Origin: Cirrosporium novae-zelandiae
Taxonomy: Eukaryota
Assembly (NCBI GenBank): GCA_026023565.1
Contig: JAPETS010000030.1
Span: 186,001 to 250,000 of the forward strand
Reading direction: 5' to 3'
Length of the DNA: 64,000 nucleotides
Shown: positions 62,901 to 64,000 of the stretch, in pieces
How positions within the stretch are numbered: the stretch's first letter is position 1
How the letters are laid out: each line of letters starts with the position of its first letter
Notes under the pieces: generated by a model
Told to the model about the DNA's origin: nothing
Seen by the model: only the letters and a program-made list of their open reading frames with translations
Databases searched by the model: none
Position numbers and translations under genes: made by a program

Positions 62901-64000
62901 TCTTCATGGAATTTCGCATATCCAAGATAGTGTATGGCGATTAAGGAAGATTGGGTATAGTACCATAAAATCTCGTCACTGCATAGCGTAATTGGATCGA
63001 ACCTAAATAGAATTATCCCATCCTTAAAGACAGTTTTTTTTCAATACGGAGATCGCTCTGGCTCTCACCTCACTAGCATCCTTCCGCGAGGAGCTGATGA
63101 TATTCCCGAATCTGCCATAGCCAGAGCCAATGCATATCGCACTGGGCTAAGCAAGTGATTTTCTTGCTTTGCCACTTCCTCTAAGCTCTGTACCTTTAAA
63201 ATTTTAGTCCATGCTGCATTTCGTGTAGAGTCTTGGCAAAAAAAGTCCTGGAAGATTGGATGAAGAGGGAATTCTAGTTGTGACTTGAACGCAAAGCGGT
63301 CTGTGGAGGCGGAGCGATAGAGAGTGTAGTCCTGTCCTAGATCACCGACGCGTTCTGCCTTGAACGTTTTCAGAATTCTTTCACAGTATCTATCTGGACA
63401 CAGTAGGGTATAGTCCCTGTTCTCTTTGAGCTGCTTGAGGATCTGGGACTGATGCTGTAGGTTTTCTCTTTCTAAAGCATGACTGATAAACTTGTCGAGT
63501 GATTTAACCACCCACCACATCAAAACATTGTCCAAAAATTGATATTTTGGAAACTCAGGAACTTCGTTTTCCCTGTACTAGAGATCACCCCAATCAACAG
63601 ATATTGAGCAACTTCTAAACTTTAGAAGACCGGTCTGCGGTTCGAGAGATCTAACAAGATCTGGATACCAGTCCTTAAGGCGGTTACTTAACTTATGCAT
63701 GATAAAATTATCCTCCCCACGAAAGACACCATGGAAATCAAATAGATTGATCAACAAACACCAGTAACGCCGCGCCACCTGTGGGAAGTCAACACGGCTA
63801 TCACTCTCAACAGATCCATCGACATTCCAATCCCATCCTTCAAAATTAGGCGCCAAATCAAAACACCAGTTGAGATATCCGATGCAGACGTCGAAGATTC
63901 TTTTTTTAAGTTTTGTATCGTACTTTGTTAGGTTCTCCAATCTTTCATACATGGTCAGAAGATATTCGATGTTCCGACTATTCCTGTTATGAGCTAATGA
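59942..64000 (-). CDS. Large multi-exon protein with C-terminal CorA-like coiled-coil + TM region, 5' end outside the window (may be more than one gene)
   Basis: Chain of minus-strand ORFs separated by short canonical introns; spliced ..ATKQAEDVKLFT|YATVVFLPLSFSS|SLFSM.. followed by hydrophobic helices, matching the fungal CorA-like TM signature; probable acceptor near 63984 implies upstream exons. Confidence 0.6.

Overview
Eukaryotic, intron-rich window from a filamentous ascomycete (Pezizomycotina-type GTRAGT/CTRAC/YAG introns). It holds about 21 protein-coding genes, mostly housekeeping: RHO4, LCB3-like sphingoid-base-phosphate phosphatase, ULP1-like SUMO protease, an MFS transporter, a PL3 pectate lyase, SEN34, POP4, a SNF2 ATPase with C-terminal PHD, CLR2, PKC1, a small unannotated putative mitochondrial protein, SYN8, a RING/TRAF protein, KAP114, REV7, a hypothetical protein, HET-C/TinC, DIB1, LIA1, RPA12 and a partial CorA-like gene. 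It also holds one intron-containing tRNA-Ile(AAT) and a gene-poor stretch (about 13.6-19 kb) with repeats and probable RIP-decayed transposon relics. Main observations: (1) a four-copy array at 13.85-14.22 kb whose invariant 21-nt core is the exact reverse complement of the end of a hidden upstream ULP1 exon, next to its splice donor; (2) a co-oriented POP4 / intron-tRNA / SEN34 tRNA-maturation triad; (3) a head-to-head SNF2-PHD / CLR2 pair; (4) recurrent orientation-independent C-rich to G-rich skew switches inside genes. Exon boundaries were read by eye, and family assignments come from recognised motifs, not database searches.
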